DNA from: a virus
Reading direction: 5' to 3' (one strand)
DNA: 64,000 nt
IMG/VR virus record: IMGVR_UViG_3300025617_000007
Coordinates: 74,594 to 138,593 of that record
The translations under genes and the position numbers were made by a program. Below are positions 39,771 through 49,188 of this stretch, in pieces (position 1 is the first letter of the stretch; every line of letters starts with the position of its first letter). The notes below the pieces were generated by a model that was not told where the DNA came from, made no database searches, and saw only the letters and a list, made by a program, of their open reading frames with translations.

Positions 39771-41138
39771 TTATTTTTGAATTTTACCCATCAAATCCTT
39801 CATTCTTAAGAATTGTGGATTCTCATAAGTTTTATTTTCAATAAGGTTAGTCGCGGAACCTTTAGACGGTGATTTCTGAACTTTAGATGTTACCGATTCA
39901 GTAACAACTGAAGAACCTGATTTCGAATCTAAATCTTCTTTGATTGTTTTGTAAAGACCTTTAGATTCTTTGATTGTTTCTGCAGAATCAAAACGTCTTA
40001 AAATGTTTATTTTTTCTTGTTTTGTTGTCGAATGCTCAGTGAACAGTCGAGTTGCATATGCTAGATTTGAATTGAAAACTGCAACCTCGTTAAGTTTTTC
40101 TTTAAAGATGTTAAGTGCCTTACGGTACTCTTCATTTTTTTCTCTTAACTGAGAAACTTCTTTTTCTAAAGATTCGTTTCTCTGTGCCGGTCTCTTTAAA
40201 GACTTAGGGAAGTTCTGAGGTTTTTTGTTAGTGATACGACCATTAACATTTGAACGAACAGAGGATTCTTTATATTCACCTTCCATTTCTTCACCTTCTT
40301 CCATTTGGTCCATACTCATATCTCCTGAATATTTTTTCTTACCCATAGACTTTTCCATTCCTTCACTTTCTTTTCTTCTATCAGCGAAAGATTGTTTCAT
40401 TTTTCTACCGCGGTCTTTCATACCTAATGAATCATCAAGGTCATCATCGTAACCTTCACCCATTTCTTCTTCAGATTCGTCTTCATCACCAAGTTCGATT
40501 TCATAAACAATTTCATCTTCTAATTCCATTCCTTCACCCATTTCATCGTCCATTACATCTTCTTCTTCGTCACCCTCTGTTTGAATTTGATATTCAACGT
40601 CAGCTTCCTCGTCTTTTAAGTGAATCTCATCACCGTCTTGTGTTACCACAATACCGTCTTCTTCACCCATAGCTTTGAAAACCTTAAGGATTTCTTCGTC
40701 AGAAGCACCTGTAAGGTCAAGAGGTAAAAGAATTTCTTCTTCGTCATCAACTTCTAAATCATCACCTGGTAAATCCATCATAAGCATTTCATCAGAATCC
40801 ATTTCCATATCATCTTCATCTTCCATTTCGTCAGACTCGTCTTCAAATTCCATTTCATCTTCTTCGTCATCCATATCCTCAATTTCCATGTCCAGCTCTT
40901 CTTGTTCTTTCATTTCGGTACCCATATCGTGGTCCCCTTTTTCTTTTTCTTCGCTTTCCATTTCTTCTGATGACATTTCTTCAATCTCTTTATCTGATAG
41001 AGATTCTTTTACTAATTCACTGATTTCTTCCTTCATAGTAGAAGCAAGTATTCCTTTTGCATTCTCCGTTACGGCTTCCTCCAAATTCTTCATTTGTAGT
41101 AGTGCCTCTTCAACTAAATTTTGTTTTTTTTCTGCCAT
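39771..41138 (-). CDS. Prohead core/scaffold protein, gp22-like
   Basis: Highly acidic coiled-coil ORF between protease and capsid genes. Confidence 0.75.
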   Translation of the reverse strand: MAEKKQNLVEEALLQMKNLEEAVTENAKGILASTMKEEISELVKESLSDKEIEEMSSEEMESEEKEKGDHDMGTEMKEQEELDMEIEDMDDEEDEMEFEDESDEMEDEDDMEMDSDEMLMMDLPGDDLEVDDEEEILLPLDLTGASDEEILKVFKAMGEEDGIVVTQDGDEIHLKDEEADVEYQIQTEGDEEEDVMDDEMGEGMELEDEIVYEIELGDEDESEEEMGEGYDDDLDDSLGMKDRGRKMKQSFADRRKESEGMEKSMGKKKYSGDMSMDQMEEGEEMEGEYKESSVRSNVNGRITNKKPQNFPKSLKRPAQRNESLEKEVSQLREKNEEYRKALNIFKEKLNEVAVFNSNLAYATRLFTEHSTTKQEKINILRRFDSAETIKESKGLYKTIKEDLDSKSGSSVVTESVTSKVQKSPSKGSATNLIENKTYENPQFLRMKDLMGKIQK

Positions 41139-41227
41139 TCTATTTTTTTTTATTGCAAAAGTTTATTTATAGATTTACTAATAAATATATCGAAATGAAA
41201 AAAAACACCTTTTTCTAAGTAATAAGC

Positions 41228-41256
41228 AAAAAAAAATCGGGTATTAACCCGATTTT
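41228..41256 (-). terminator. Rho-independent terminator
   Basis: AAAATCGGGT-ATTA-ACCCGATTTT with an A run on the left. Confidence 0.75.
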
Positions 41257-41299
41257 ATAATTTATCAGGTATAACCTGATTTAAGTATTTAGTTAGTTT

Positions 41300-41509
41300 T
41301 TATTCAAAAACTTCATCAATTTTACTTTCAACACATGCGGTTATTCTCCACTCGTGAGGAAATCCTTCAAACGCTTTAGTTACTTTAGCCTCAACATCTG
41401 TGACATTAATACCTTTAACTAATTTTTCTTCTCTGATTTTTTTAATCTTTCCTGAATTTTCATCAGGTAAGTCATAACTGACTTTCGCTACAAAATATTT
41501 TTCATCCAT
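41300..41509 (-). CDS. DUF4494-like small protein
   Basis: YFVAKVSY...KKIREEKLV...TDVEAKV...I.EVF resembles the Bacteroidota DUF4494 pattern. Confidence 0.5.
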   Translation of the reverse strand: MDEKYFVAKVSYDLPDENSGKIKKIREEKLVKGINVTDVEAKVTKAFEGFPHEWRITACVESKIDEVFE

Positions 41510-41522
41510 AATTTAAGTTTTT

Positions 41523-42245
41523 TTAATTTCCTAAATAATCGGAAAGTTTTCTCATTAAGTCAAGTGATTTGTCCATACCTTTTGAAGATTCTACTGAAGA
41601 ACCTTTATGTTTCGTTTCTTCTTCAATGTTTTCATCGTACTTTGTTCTATCATCTTGATTTAAGAATAAGTAAGCTCCTGGTGTTGATGGGGAAGATACT
41701 AAATCAAAACATATCAATTCAAAATCTTCTTGTACTTCATTCTTTTCACCTTTTTTTACTAATGAACCCACACCACGAGATGAAACTCCCATAGTAACAC
41801 CCTGTCTCATAAGATTAGCTGCTTGGTCACCAGGGCAAGATACTACACCTTTTTCGTGGAAACCTGGTGATGTTAGTAATTTTAATTTACCCATAAGTAC
41901 ATTACCTTCCCACCACATATCAGTAATTAAATGCGATACACGGTCTAAATCGATTAGAGATGACTCAGGATGGTTAAGTTCAGATATTGATAACCCTTTC
42001 TTTATTGCTCCTTGATACTTATCAGCCTCTCTTTTTAAAATCTTTTCAGGGTAGATACGTCCGTTTCTATTCGGCGTATCGTATTTCTGTAATACAGCAT
42101 AAAACTCAAAGGGTTTAGAGTGGTCTAATTGACCATAGGATTCTTTAATTACCTCAGCGTTTCTAGTATCGTTGGGATTTATAAATCCAGCATCCCATTC
42201 TATTAATATACCTTTACCTGTATCGTTCGGTCCTAATATTTTCAT
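41523..42245 (-). CDS. Prohead protease, T4 gp21-like
   Basis: NRNGRIYP, ELNHP, GVSSRGVGSL, FDLVSSPS. Confidence 0.92.
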   Translation of the reverse strand: MKILGPNDTGKGILIEWDAGFINPNDTRNAEVIKESYGQLDHSKPFEFYAVLQKYDTPNRNGRIYPEKILKREADKYQGAIKKGLSISELNHPESSLIDLDRVSHLITDMWWEGNVLMGKLKLLTSPGFHEKGVVSCPGDQAANLMRQGVTMGVSSRGVGSLVKKGEKNEVQEDFELICFDLVSSPSTPGAYLFLNQDDRTKYDENIEEETKHKGSSVESSKGMDKSLDLMRKLSDYLGN

Positions 42246-42264
42246 AATCTTTTATTTATAAATA

Positions 42265-42648
42265 TTACGGAATGCCAAGTACGACATCCCATTCACTTAT
42301 TTGGATGGGGGTTAACCTTAATATTTTGTTTATTTTATCTACAATAAAATCTTTATATTGATAAGCTAATTCACTATCGTTCCCCTCTCCCGACCAAAAA
42401 ACATAGTTATTTGCAAAATCAGTAACGTCTTTCCCGTCATACATAACCTCACCAATGGCTACATGAACAGTTATATCCTCATCTTCTATACTACCCTCCA
42501 TAAAAACACTATCAGGTATAATAACTGAATTTCTATACCCAAATTTATATGAGTAATCTTTAGGTTTTATCATATTGTTAAGGTTATCCAAAACAGTATT
42601 TGATTCGAATAACCTTCTCATTTGATTTTCTTTTATGATAATTTTCAT
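42265..42648 (-). CDS. Hypothetical protein with IKE leader
   Basis: MKIIIKENQMRRLFES; TATTTATC motif 13 nt upstream. Confidence 0.6.
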   Translation of the reverse strand: MKIIIKENQMRRLFESNTVLDNLNNMIKPKDYSYKFGYRNSVIIPDSVFMEGSIEDEDITVHVAIGEVMYDGKDVTDFANNYVFWSGEGNDSELAYQYKDFIVDKINKILRLTPIQISEWDVVLGIP

Positions 42649-42671
42649 TTGGTCGTTTTAAGATAAATATA

Positions 42672-43109
42672 TCAGACCTTCTCTTTTTTTGTTTTGTGTA
42701 ATGTGAAATAATCTGAACCCATTAAAGGAAACCCATAAACCGTTTTAACTATACTTTTTATTTTATCTCTCAAAATGAGGGATTTAAATTCCGTATGTTC
42801 TTTTAAAAAAAGAGTTACTTCTAAATTCATGAAACTTCTTTTACCTATTTGTATTCCACTACTTCTTAAGTCCAAATCAACAATATTGTGTTTTTCAAAA
42901 AATAATGGGTCAACAACATCTAAAAGATGATGTTTAATGTCTCTTTCTAACATACCCGTAACTCTTTTCCAATTATTAACTTCCTTTATGGGTTCTACCC
43001 AACTTTGAATTACGATATATATCGATTTTAATTCTTTCGCATCTACGGTTCCGTAACTACACTTTGCATTCTCAAATCCTTTTAACTGAGACGTTTTTCC
43101 TTTTTTCAT
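42672..43109 (-). CDS. Hypothetical protein
   Basis: 145-aa ORF, divergent from rpsU. Confidence 0.65.
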   Translation of the reverse strand: MKKGKTSQLKGFENAKCSYGTVDAKELKSIYIVIQSWVEPIKEVNNWKRVTGMLERDIKHHLLDVVDPLFFEKHNIVDLDLRSSGIQIGKRSFMNLEVTLFLKEHTEFKSLILRDKIKSIVKTVYGFPLMGSDYFTLHKTKKEKV

Positions 43110-43145
43110 ATAATTTTTTAATCATACTCGTTTATTTTTACATAA

Positions 43146-43174
43146 ATTATAAACAATAAAAGGGTCTATGTCAA
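43146..43174 (-). promoter_or_regulatory. Perfect canonical sigma70 promoter
   Basis: Minus strand TTGACA-N17-TATAAT, 36 nt upstream of the 145-aa ORF. Confidence 0.6.
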
Positions 43175-43217
43175 AATATTGATTATTTCGGTATATTTAT
43201 TTATAATAAAAGAAGTT

Positions 43218-43409
43218 ATGATAATAATAAAAGTAGGAAAAAACGAAAATATTGAAAAGGCACTTAAGCGTTATAAGTTTAAAGTGTATAAGACAAAACA
43301 GATTGACGAGATTCGTAATAGGAAAGAATATGTGAAAAAATCTGAAAAAAAAAGAAAGCAAAAACAAAAAGCCAAATATGTTCAAAAAATAAAGGGTTCA
43401 GAAATCTGA
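43218..43409 (+). CDS. rpsU: Ribosomal protein bS21 (phage-encoded)
   Basis: MIIIKV..NENIEKALKRYK.K..KT...EIR.RK.YVK.S..KR....KA.Y; TATTTAT motif at 43194. Confidence 0.9.
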   Translation: MIIIKVGKNENIEKALKRYKFKVYKTKQIDEIRNRKEYVKKSEKKRKQKQKAKYVQKIKGSEI

Positions 43410-43419
43410 ACCCTTTTTT
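43391..43419. terminator. Bidirectional terminator between rpsU and the convergent gene
   Basis: AAAGGGTTCAG-AAAT-CTGAACCCTTT with flanking A and T runs. Confidence 0.8.
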
Positions 43420-43443
43420 ATTTAGTAGTTAATTAGTTAAGTG

Positions 43444-44178
43444 TTATAACCCTTGTTCTAATTGTCTTAATTTATATAGGGAAGATAATGTGTTTTCAGA
43501 ATCGTTGATTTTTTGAATGGTCATCTCAACCTTACTTTTTAAATCTTCATCATTTGACTCAGTTAACGTACTTTGTAGTTTATTTAATACTATTAGTTTA
43601 GATTTGTCAATCTCCTCAGACAATTGAGTTTTATTTAATGACAGTAAATCTTTTAATTCTTTTTTCTCTTCTTCAGATATATTACTAAACTCTTTATTAA
43701 ATGTAAATGTTGCAATTTTTAACATTGAACTTAAGGGTATGTTAAGTGACTCTGAAACCACTTTATTTACTACAACTTCAGAGATGTTATTTTTTATTCT
43801 GTTCTTAGATTCTAATATTTTTTCCAAATCTTTAACTGATGAATTATAAACAACGATATCAATGTCAGAGTAATGGTTATCTTTATTTTCTTTTAGGTTT
43901 TCAGAAACCCACATATCAATCTCTTTAATCTTTTTTGATTCAGAAGTTATAATACTTTTTAATGTTTCAATACTTTCATTAACGTAATCATCCACAATAT
44001 CCTTAGACATTCCTTTTTTATTACTTAATTCATTATATAAGTAATAAGCTTCAGAAATTTTTTTATTGTTTAAAACATTCTTTTTAAAAGACTTCATGTG
44101 AGTCTTAAATGAAGGTTTACCATATGATTTTGTCAATAGAGACTCAATACCGGATTTTATTTGGCCAAATTTATTCAT
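43444..44178 (-). CDS. Hypothetical head-module protein
   Basis: 244-aa helical ORF downstream of the portal. Confidence 0.65.
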   Translation of the reverse strand: MNKFGQIKSGIESLLTKSYGKPSFKTHMKSFKKNVLNNKKISEAYYLYNELSNKKGMSKDIVDDYVNESIETLKSIITSESKKIKEIDMWVSENLKENKDNHYSDIDIVVYNSSVKDLEKILESKNRIKNNISEVVVNKVVSESLNIPLSSMLKIATFTFNKEFSNISEEEKKELKDLLSLNKTQLSEEIDKSKLIVLNKLQSTLTESNDEDLKSKVEMTIQKINDSENTLSSLYKLRQLEQGL

Positions 44179-44198
44179 AATGTTTTTTATTATAAATA

Positions 44199-46073
44199 TT
44201 AGTCATTTAGCAATGTGTTGAGTTTTTCTTCAATTTCACTTAAAGATTTACGACCTTTTGATAAGTCTAATTCTGATTTACCTGTAATCATATCATCCTC
44301 TAAGATTAAGTTAAGGTCTTTTTCTTTAGTACTTTCAGGGGTAATATCAGCATCACCACCTTCAGGTGCTCCCCCAACATCTCCACCAGTATCTCCACCG
44401 ATGTCACCTCCAATATCACCACCTAAGTCTACACCTCCGAAGTCTCCACCTCCACCAAAGTCGGAACCTCCTCCAAATCCCGTGTCAGATGGTTCTGTAG
44501 TTTCACCTTCAGGGGTATCACCTTCACCAGGTTTGTTTCCGTATAACTTATCAATATTAGCGAAGATACCTGTTTTAGATATAACTTCAGGTGTTTTTTC
44601 AAGCTCAGCTCCGACAGCTTTCTCAATTCGTTGTTGTTGTAAATCAAGTTTAATTTCCTCGTCAGAAAAACCAAGAATATGTTTCTTAGCCCACGATGTT
44701 GATACAGGTTGTATCCCGTTTCCTGGGTCTGAGACGGCATCTCTATATAGTTGTATTTTACTTTGCCATTGCTCAACTTTAAGTAGGTCAGCCTGTGTTG
44801 ATGGGTTAGTCAAACCTAATGTAAAGTTATTTAACTCATCTTCAAAACCTAAGACGTATAAATGTATAATTGCAATTTTATTTAACTCTTGAATCATCGA
44901 TTTTTGAATTCTATTGATAGTACGGGCAAAACGAATATCCTGTAAAGCCAAATTTTTACCGTCACCGACAACTTCCTCAAAACCTAAAAACGCTTTAGGT
45001 ACTCTAAGGGCAGTTAATAATTTCTTTTGGATATATTCGATATCTGCAATCTCTGATAAGTTCTGAGCACCTGGTAAGGTATCTATTGGGTTTGGTGCGT
45101 TAGGGTCACGAACAGGAATGAAATAATCTTGGTCAACAGCCATTTGATTATATCTTAAATCCACATTTCCATTTTGTGGGTCCGCAACTTGGTCACGTTT
45201 AAACTTATTGGCAACACGTTGTACGTACGGTTCAACATCTTTGTCATCCATATTTCCTACAAATACTTTGAATACCCTTCGTTCAGGTGCTCGTGACGTT
45301 CTATAAATTAACATTGCATCTTCAGAAAGAATAAGTTGTTTCCATATTCTTCTAGCCTTCTCTAACATAGAAGTACCGTAAGGAAGTTTACGGTCATCAC
45401 CTAATAATCTAAAGTGAGCCACCTCCCATGTGTTAAATTCAATATCCTTAGTTTGCCATAAGAATTTTAACGCATCATTTTCAGTATCCGTTGAGTTTCT
45501 CTCAGGTTTAATTTTCATACCTCGTTCTTGACGAGTAATTTCAATATTAGGTAATTGCTGTACCCCCATAACACCCTTTTCAGGGTCTAACTTTAAGTAA
45601 ACAAAGTTATCCCCATACTTACAAGTATTTCTTGTCCACATAGGTAAATTAGTACTAATGTCGAGTCTATTGTTAAATAAGTCTCCCAAGACTGATTTAA
45701 TTCGTTTACTCTCAGAAAAAATTTGTAATATAAATCCATCTTCATTTGTTGTTGTTGATTCTTCAGCATATATGTCAAGAGCAGCAGATATTTCAGGAGT
45801 ATACTCCATACTTTCATAATCATAAAAAGACGCTAATCGAGTTGGTTCATAATAAACCGCCTGACTGTAAAGATTATTTTCAATCTTCTGCCATTGTTGA
45901 CCTAAGTAAAGTGTTTGTTGTGCCTGTAATTTCTCTCTTTCGTATTCTTGTTTGTTAGGTGTTTTTAATAACTCCTTTTTATCAAACTTAAAGACAGGGG
46001 CTTGTTGGTCCAGTGTAGAATCGGGACCAAAAACTTTTGTAAGTCTTTGCCATATAGTATAATTGTCTTCCAT
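44199..46073 (-). CDS. Portal protein, T4 gp20-like
   Basis: EISAALDIYAEE, EDAMLIYRTSRAPERRVFKVFVGNM, DYFIPVR, IDTLPGAQNL, ALRVP. Confidence 0.93.
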   Translation of the reverse strand: MEDNYTIWQRLTKVFGPDSTLDQQAPVFKFDKKELLKTPNKQEYEREKLQAQQTLYLGQQWQKIENNLYSQAVYYEPTRLASFYDYESMEYTPEISAALDIYAEESTTTNEDGFILQIFSESKRIKSVLGDLFNNRLDISTNLPMWTRNTCKYGDNFVYLKLDPEKGVMGVQQLPNIEITRQERGMKIKPERNSTDTENDALKFLWQTKDIEFNTWEVAHFRLLGDDRKLPYGTSMLEKARRIWKQLILSEDAMLIYRTSRAPERRVFKVFVGNMDDKDVEPYVQRVANKFKRDQVADPQNGNVDLRYNQMAVDQDYFIPVRDPNAPNPIDTLPGAQNLSEIADIEYIQKKLLTALRVPKAFLGFEEVVGDGKNLALQDIRFARTINRIQKSMIQELNKIAIIHLYVLGFEDELNNFTLGLTNPSTQADLLKVEQWQSKIQLYRDAVSDPGNGIQPVSTSWAKKHILGFSDEEIKLDLQQQRIEKAVGAELEKTPEVISKTGIFANIDKLYGNKPGEGDTPEGETTEPSDTGFGGGSDFGGGGDFGGVDLGGDIGGDIGGDTGGDVGGAPEGGDADITPESTKEKDLNLILEDDMITGKSELDLSKGRKSLSEIEEKLNTLLND

Positions 46074-46120
46074 GTTCTTTTTTACATAAATAGTAAGTTT
46101 ATTATAATTAAACTAAAGAT

Positions 46121-47893
46121 TTAAAAACTTCCAAATAACCAGGAATTATTCTTATAATCATCACGAGTAGGATTACTACCTGTTCTGTGGTGGTTAATTC
46201 CACCTGGTATTGAAGGCATTCCGGGGTTGAAATCGTTAGAAGTATTTTTAACAGGAGTTTCATTAACCATCCAACTTTCCATCATCGCTTTTGTCTGTTC
46301 GGTAACTTTCTCTAATTGTGTGAATGAGTTTTCACCTACATAGATTGCCATAGCTATTGCCATAATAAGGTCATCATGTTGACCTTTTTGGTGGTCAGGT
46401 CTACCGTTTATATAAACAAAAGTATTTAATTCGTTCAATAATCTAGAAGAACGTATTGCGAAATTATGTCTCAACGACTCTTCAAATGATGCGACAATCT
46501 GAACTCGTTTACTATTAAAGTTCAAACCTGGTATTTTTTCTTGTAAATTAGGATTATACTTCCACTTGTCGGCAGCGTTCGTACCTTCGACATAAAGGTT
46601 TTTATAACCCATTTCCTGTAGTTTTCTAGATGTTGAAACGCCCATACCTCCAGTTATATCTATAACGATAAACGCACTATACATAGTCGCCCATTTATAT
46701 GCAATTTCTGCAACAACATCGGGAGGTACTTTACCTAAATATTCTAATACTTGCTCCCTCTCATCAAAATCAATAATCGTAAATGTGGTAAAATCTTCAC
46801 TATCTCCACGAGATACATCAATACCCATAATATATTTATGTCCCGGTATTGGCTCTTTCCATTGCCATAACGCCCCACCCATAAATTTGTTTTCAGGGTT
46901 CCTTATAAATTTTTCTTTGATGATTTCAATTGTGTCATTTGGGATGACATTATCCCCTGAACCAAGGAAGTTACACTCCAATTCCTGAGCAATTTTTCTT
47001 CTGTCGAATTTGAGTTTTTTAGCCATTCCTTCAAACCAAGGAGAATATGCTTTGTATCCATCTAATAATTTTTCTTTTATTTCAACATAATCCCTTTTAC
47101 GAGGGTGTATATGTGAATAATCTATAATAATTTCGTCATCGTTATAATCTTCACGGTTCAATAAATAATGAACTATATCCTTACACTTAATTAATTTAAA
47201 GTCTTTAGCATATCGAGGGTCACGATACCAAAACATTTCAGTAATTTTAAAATCGTTCATACCTCTTAAGGCTTGGTCATAGATAGTGTAGTAAATTGGG
47301 TCAAAACCATTAGGGGTTGAGATTACAATCACTTTACCACCCGTAGAAAGTGAAGCCATACATGCAGACCAAAAATCGTCATCTGCATCGATAAATGCAG
47401 CTTCATCAAATATTAATATAGTTGGAGTATAACCACGTAGGGCATCTTTAGATGTTGCAACTGCCTTTACCTCACATCCGTTAGATAATTTAAAATGTCG
47501 TTGTGAGTTTTTTTCAGCTGAAAATGTTATACCAAACCATGCGGGCCATTGGTCAACAAAGGACCTGACTTTATTTGCGAACTCCATTGAAGTGTCCAAT
47601 TTATTCGCAATAATAAGTACTTTTTCAGGTTTCTTTTTAGATGCCGTTACAACTTTTTTAGATGCCCAAGCAGCGGTCACTGTAGACACACCAGCTTGTC
47701 GATACTTTAATGCAATATTTTCTTCGTGATTGTCGTAATCGTTAATTAGATTAACTTGGTCGGGAAATAACTCTAAAGGTACATATTGTGATTGGGTATT
47801 ATCGTAAGTTTGTAGGTATGTCTTTAATGCGTAAGGAGTATCCTTTACACATTTCGCATACTCCAATAAAACTTGTTCTCTTGATAATCCCAT
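46121..47893 (-). CDS. Terminase large subunit, gp17-like
   Basis: LKYRQAGVST, LIFDEAAF, ISTPNG, IDVSRGDSED, HDDLIMA. Confidence 0.93.
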   Translation of the reverse strand: MGLSREQVLLEYAKCVKDTPYALKTYLQTYDNTQSQYVPLELFPDQVNLINDYDNHEENIALKYRQAGVSTVTAAWASKKVVTASKKKPEKVLIIANKLDTSMEFANKVRSFVDQWPAWFGITFSAEKNSQRHFKLSNGCEVKAVATSKDALRGYTPTILIFDEAAFIDADDDFWSACMASLSTGGKVIVISTPNGFDPIYYTIYDQALRGMNDFKITEMFWYRDPRYAKDFKLIKCKDIVHYLLNREDYNDDEIIIDYSHIHPRKRDYVEIKEKLLDGYKAYSPWFEGMAKKLKFDRRKIAQELECNFLGSGDNVIPNDTIEIIKEKFIRNPENKFMGGALWQWKEPIPGHKYIMGIDVSRGDSEDFTTFTIIDFDEREQVLEYLGKVPPDVVAEIAYKWATMYSAFIVIDITGGMGVSTSRKLQEMGYKNLYVEGTNAADKWKYNPNLQEKIPGLNFNSKRVQIVASFEESLRHNFAIRSSRLLNELNTFVYINGRPDHQKGQHDDLIMAIAMAIYVGENSFTQLEKVTEQTKAMMESWMVNETPVKNTSNDFNPGMPSIPGGINHHRTGSNPTRDDYKNNSWLFGSF

Positions 47894-47913
47894 CTATACA
47901 CGATAATAGTATT

Positions 47914-49188
47914 TTATGTTAAAGAAATACCTAAATCGCCTAAAAGTCCTTCAAGACCTCCATAGTCATCATCATCGTCATCATCACTATACTGAGACAT
48001 CGCATCATCGTATTCTTCTTGACGTAATTCCTCAATGATTTCATCAACCATTTTAGAAACAATTTCTTTACCTTTTTCTGAACCTGAAAGAATCATCTTA
48101 GCAACATCGAAAAACTCTTCAGTGTTAAGTGCTGAGAAACGTGAGAATAGATAATTTTGAATTTCTCTCATATCGTCCTCATATAATTTTTCAGGATACG
48201 ATTCCATAAATTTTTCCCAAATCACAGGACCTAAACGTAAGTCCCATATTTCATATGGTAAAGTATCTTGTGAAGCCATAACCATTTCTGCGGCTTTAGG
48301 GTCGTCAGGTAGACCTTGTGTACCCATAACTTCATAAACACCTTTCACTAATTCGTGAACTAAAATAGGGAAAAATAATCCTTTAGCTCTAATAGTTGGT
48401 GGGTCTGTGGTCTCGTCTACTTCTTCTTTACCTTCCATACCTTGACCGCTTTGAGCGGCATTCATAACCATTTGGTCAGGTAAAATCCAATATAGTAAGT
48501 CGTTTACTGACATTAATACACCATAAAGGTTCAATAAACGAGGATTAAGATTGTTTAACTGCTCTTCAACTAAGTGGAACATATAATGACCTTTTTTTGA
48601 TGCTCCTTGAATAAGTGAGTTAATAAATCTTCTTTTTGCCTTCTCTAAGTCAAACTTTTCAAAAGCAACCATAAAGTTTTCTAAATCGTCTTCGGCTTCA
48701 TCTTCAGATACTCCAAATTGTTCAATAACATCTTCATCTTCAGGTTCCTCAGAATCACTTTTCATTCCTGACATATCAATCTGTCCCGGCATTGAGGTTA
48801 TCTCAACATCGTATTGAAAAGCATCGTCAGGAATTGACATTTCTTGTTTTACTAAGTCAACAGCTAATTGTTCGAGGTAACCTTCATTGTTCGATTCAAT
48901 TTGTTTTACTTCTTGGACTGCACTCATCATCATCATTTGTAAGTTCATCAATTGATTTTGACTTACTTCTTGAACTCCTGTATATCTTTTAACCTTTTCA
49001 ACAACATCTTTAAATCTTTTAGATGCGATAAGTTGTTCAAAAGAATTATCAAACTCATCTTCATCCTTACGTGGTAATCCAGGATTATCCGACATAGGTG
49101 TCTCACCTTTTTCTAATTTTGACTGAATTGATGGGTCCATTCTTTCAGGTCCATCATATTCTATTTGTTCTTTTACTTTCTTACTCAT
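47914..49188 (-). CDS. Hypothetical protein
   Basis: 424-aa acidic ORF in the head operon. Confidence 0.65.
   Translation of the reverse strand: MSKKVKEQIEYDGPERMDPSIQSKLEKGETPMSDNPGLPRKDEDEFDNSFEQLIASKRFKDVVEKVKRYTGVQEVSQNQLMNLQMMMMSAVQEVKQIESNNEGYLEQLAVDLVKQEMSIPDDAFQYDVEITSMPGQIDMSGMKSDSEEPEDEDVIEQFGVSEDEAEDDLENFMVAFEKFDLEKAKRRFINSLIQGASKKGHYMFHLVEEQLNNLNPRLLNLYGVLMSVNDLLYWILPDQMVMNAAQSGQGMEGKEEVDETTDPPTIRAKGLFFPILVHELVKGVYEVMGTQGLPDDPKAAEMVMASQDTLPYEIWDLRLGPVIWEKFMESYPEKLYEDDMREIQNYLFSRFSALNTEEFFDVAKMILSGSEKGKEIVSKMVDEIIEELRQEEYDDAMSQYSDDDDDDDYGGLEGLLGDLGISLT

Noticed and set aside
39970-45958. Plus-strand Ser/Pro-rich ORFs opposite the scaffold and portal genes (e.g. 40675-41172, 44215-44892)
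   Set aside because: Antisense shadows of acidic or Gly-rich coding sequence.
2286-47893. Inteins or introns in the polymerase, terminase, portal or capsid genes
   Set aside because: Motif spacing looks normal; no C/S...HN intein ends or frame breaks seen.
47914-49188. HELVKG..E as a zincin active site
   Set aside because: It lacks the second His of HExxH; too weak to call a protease.
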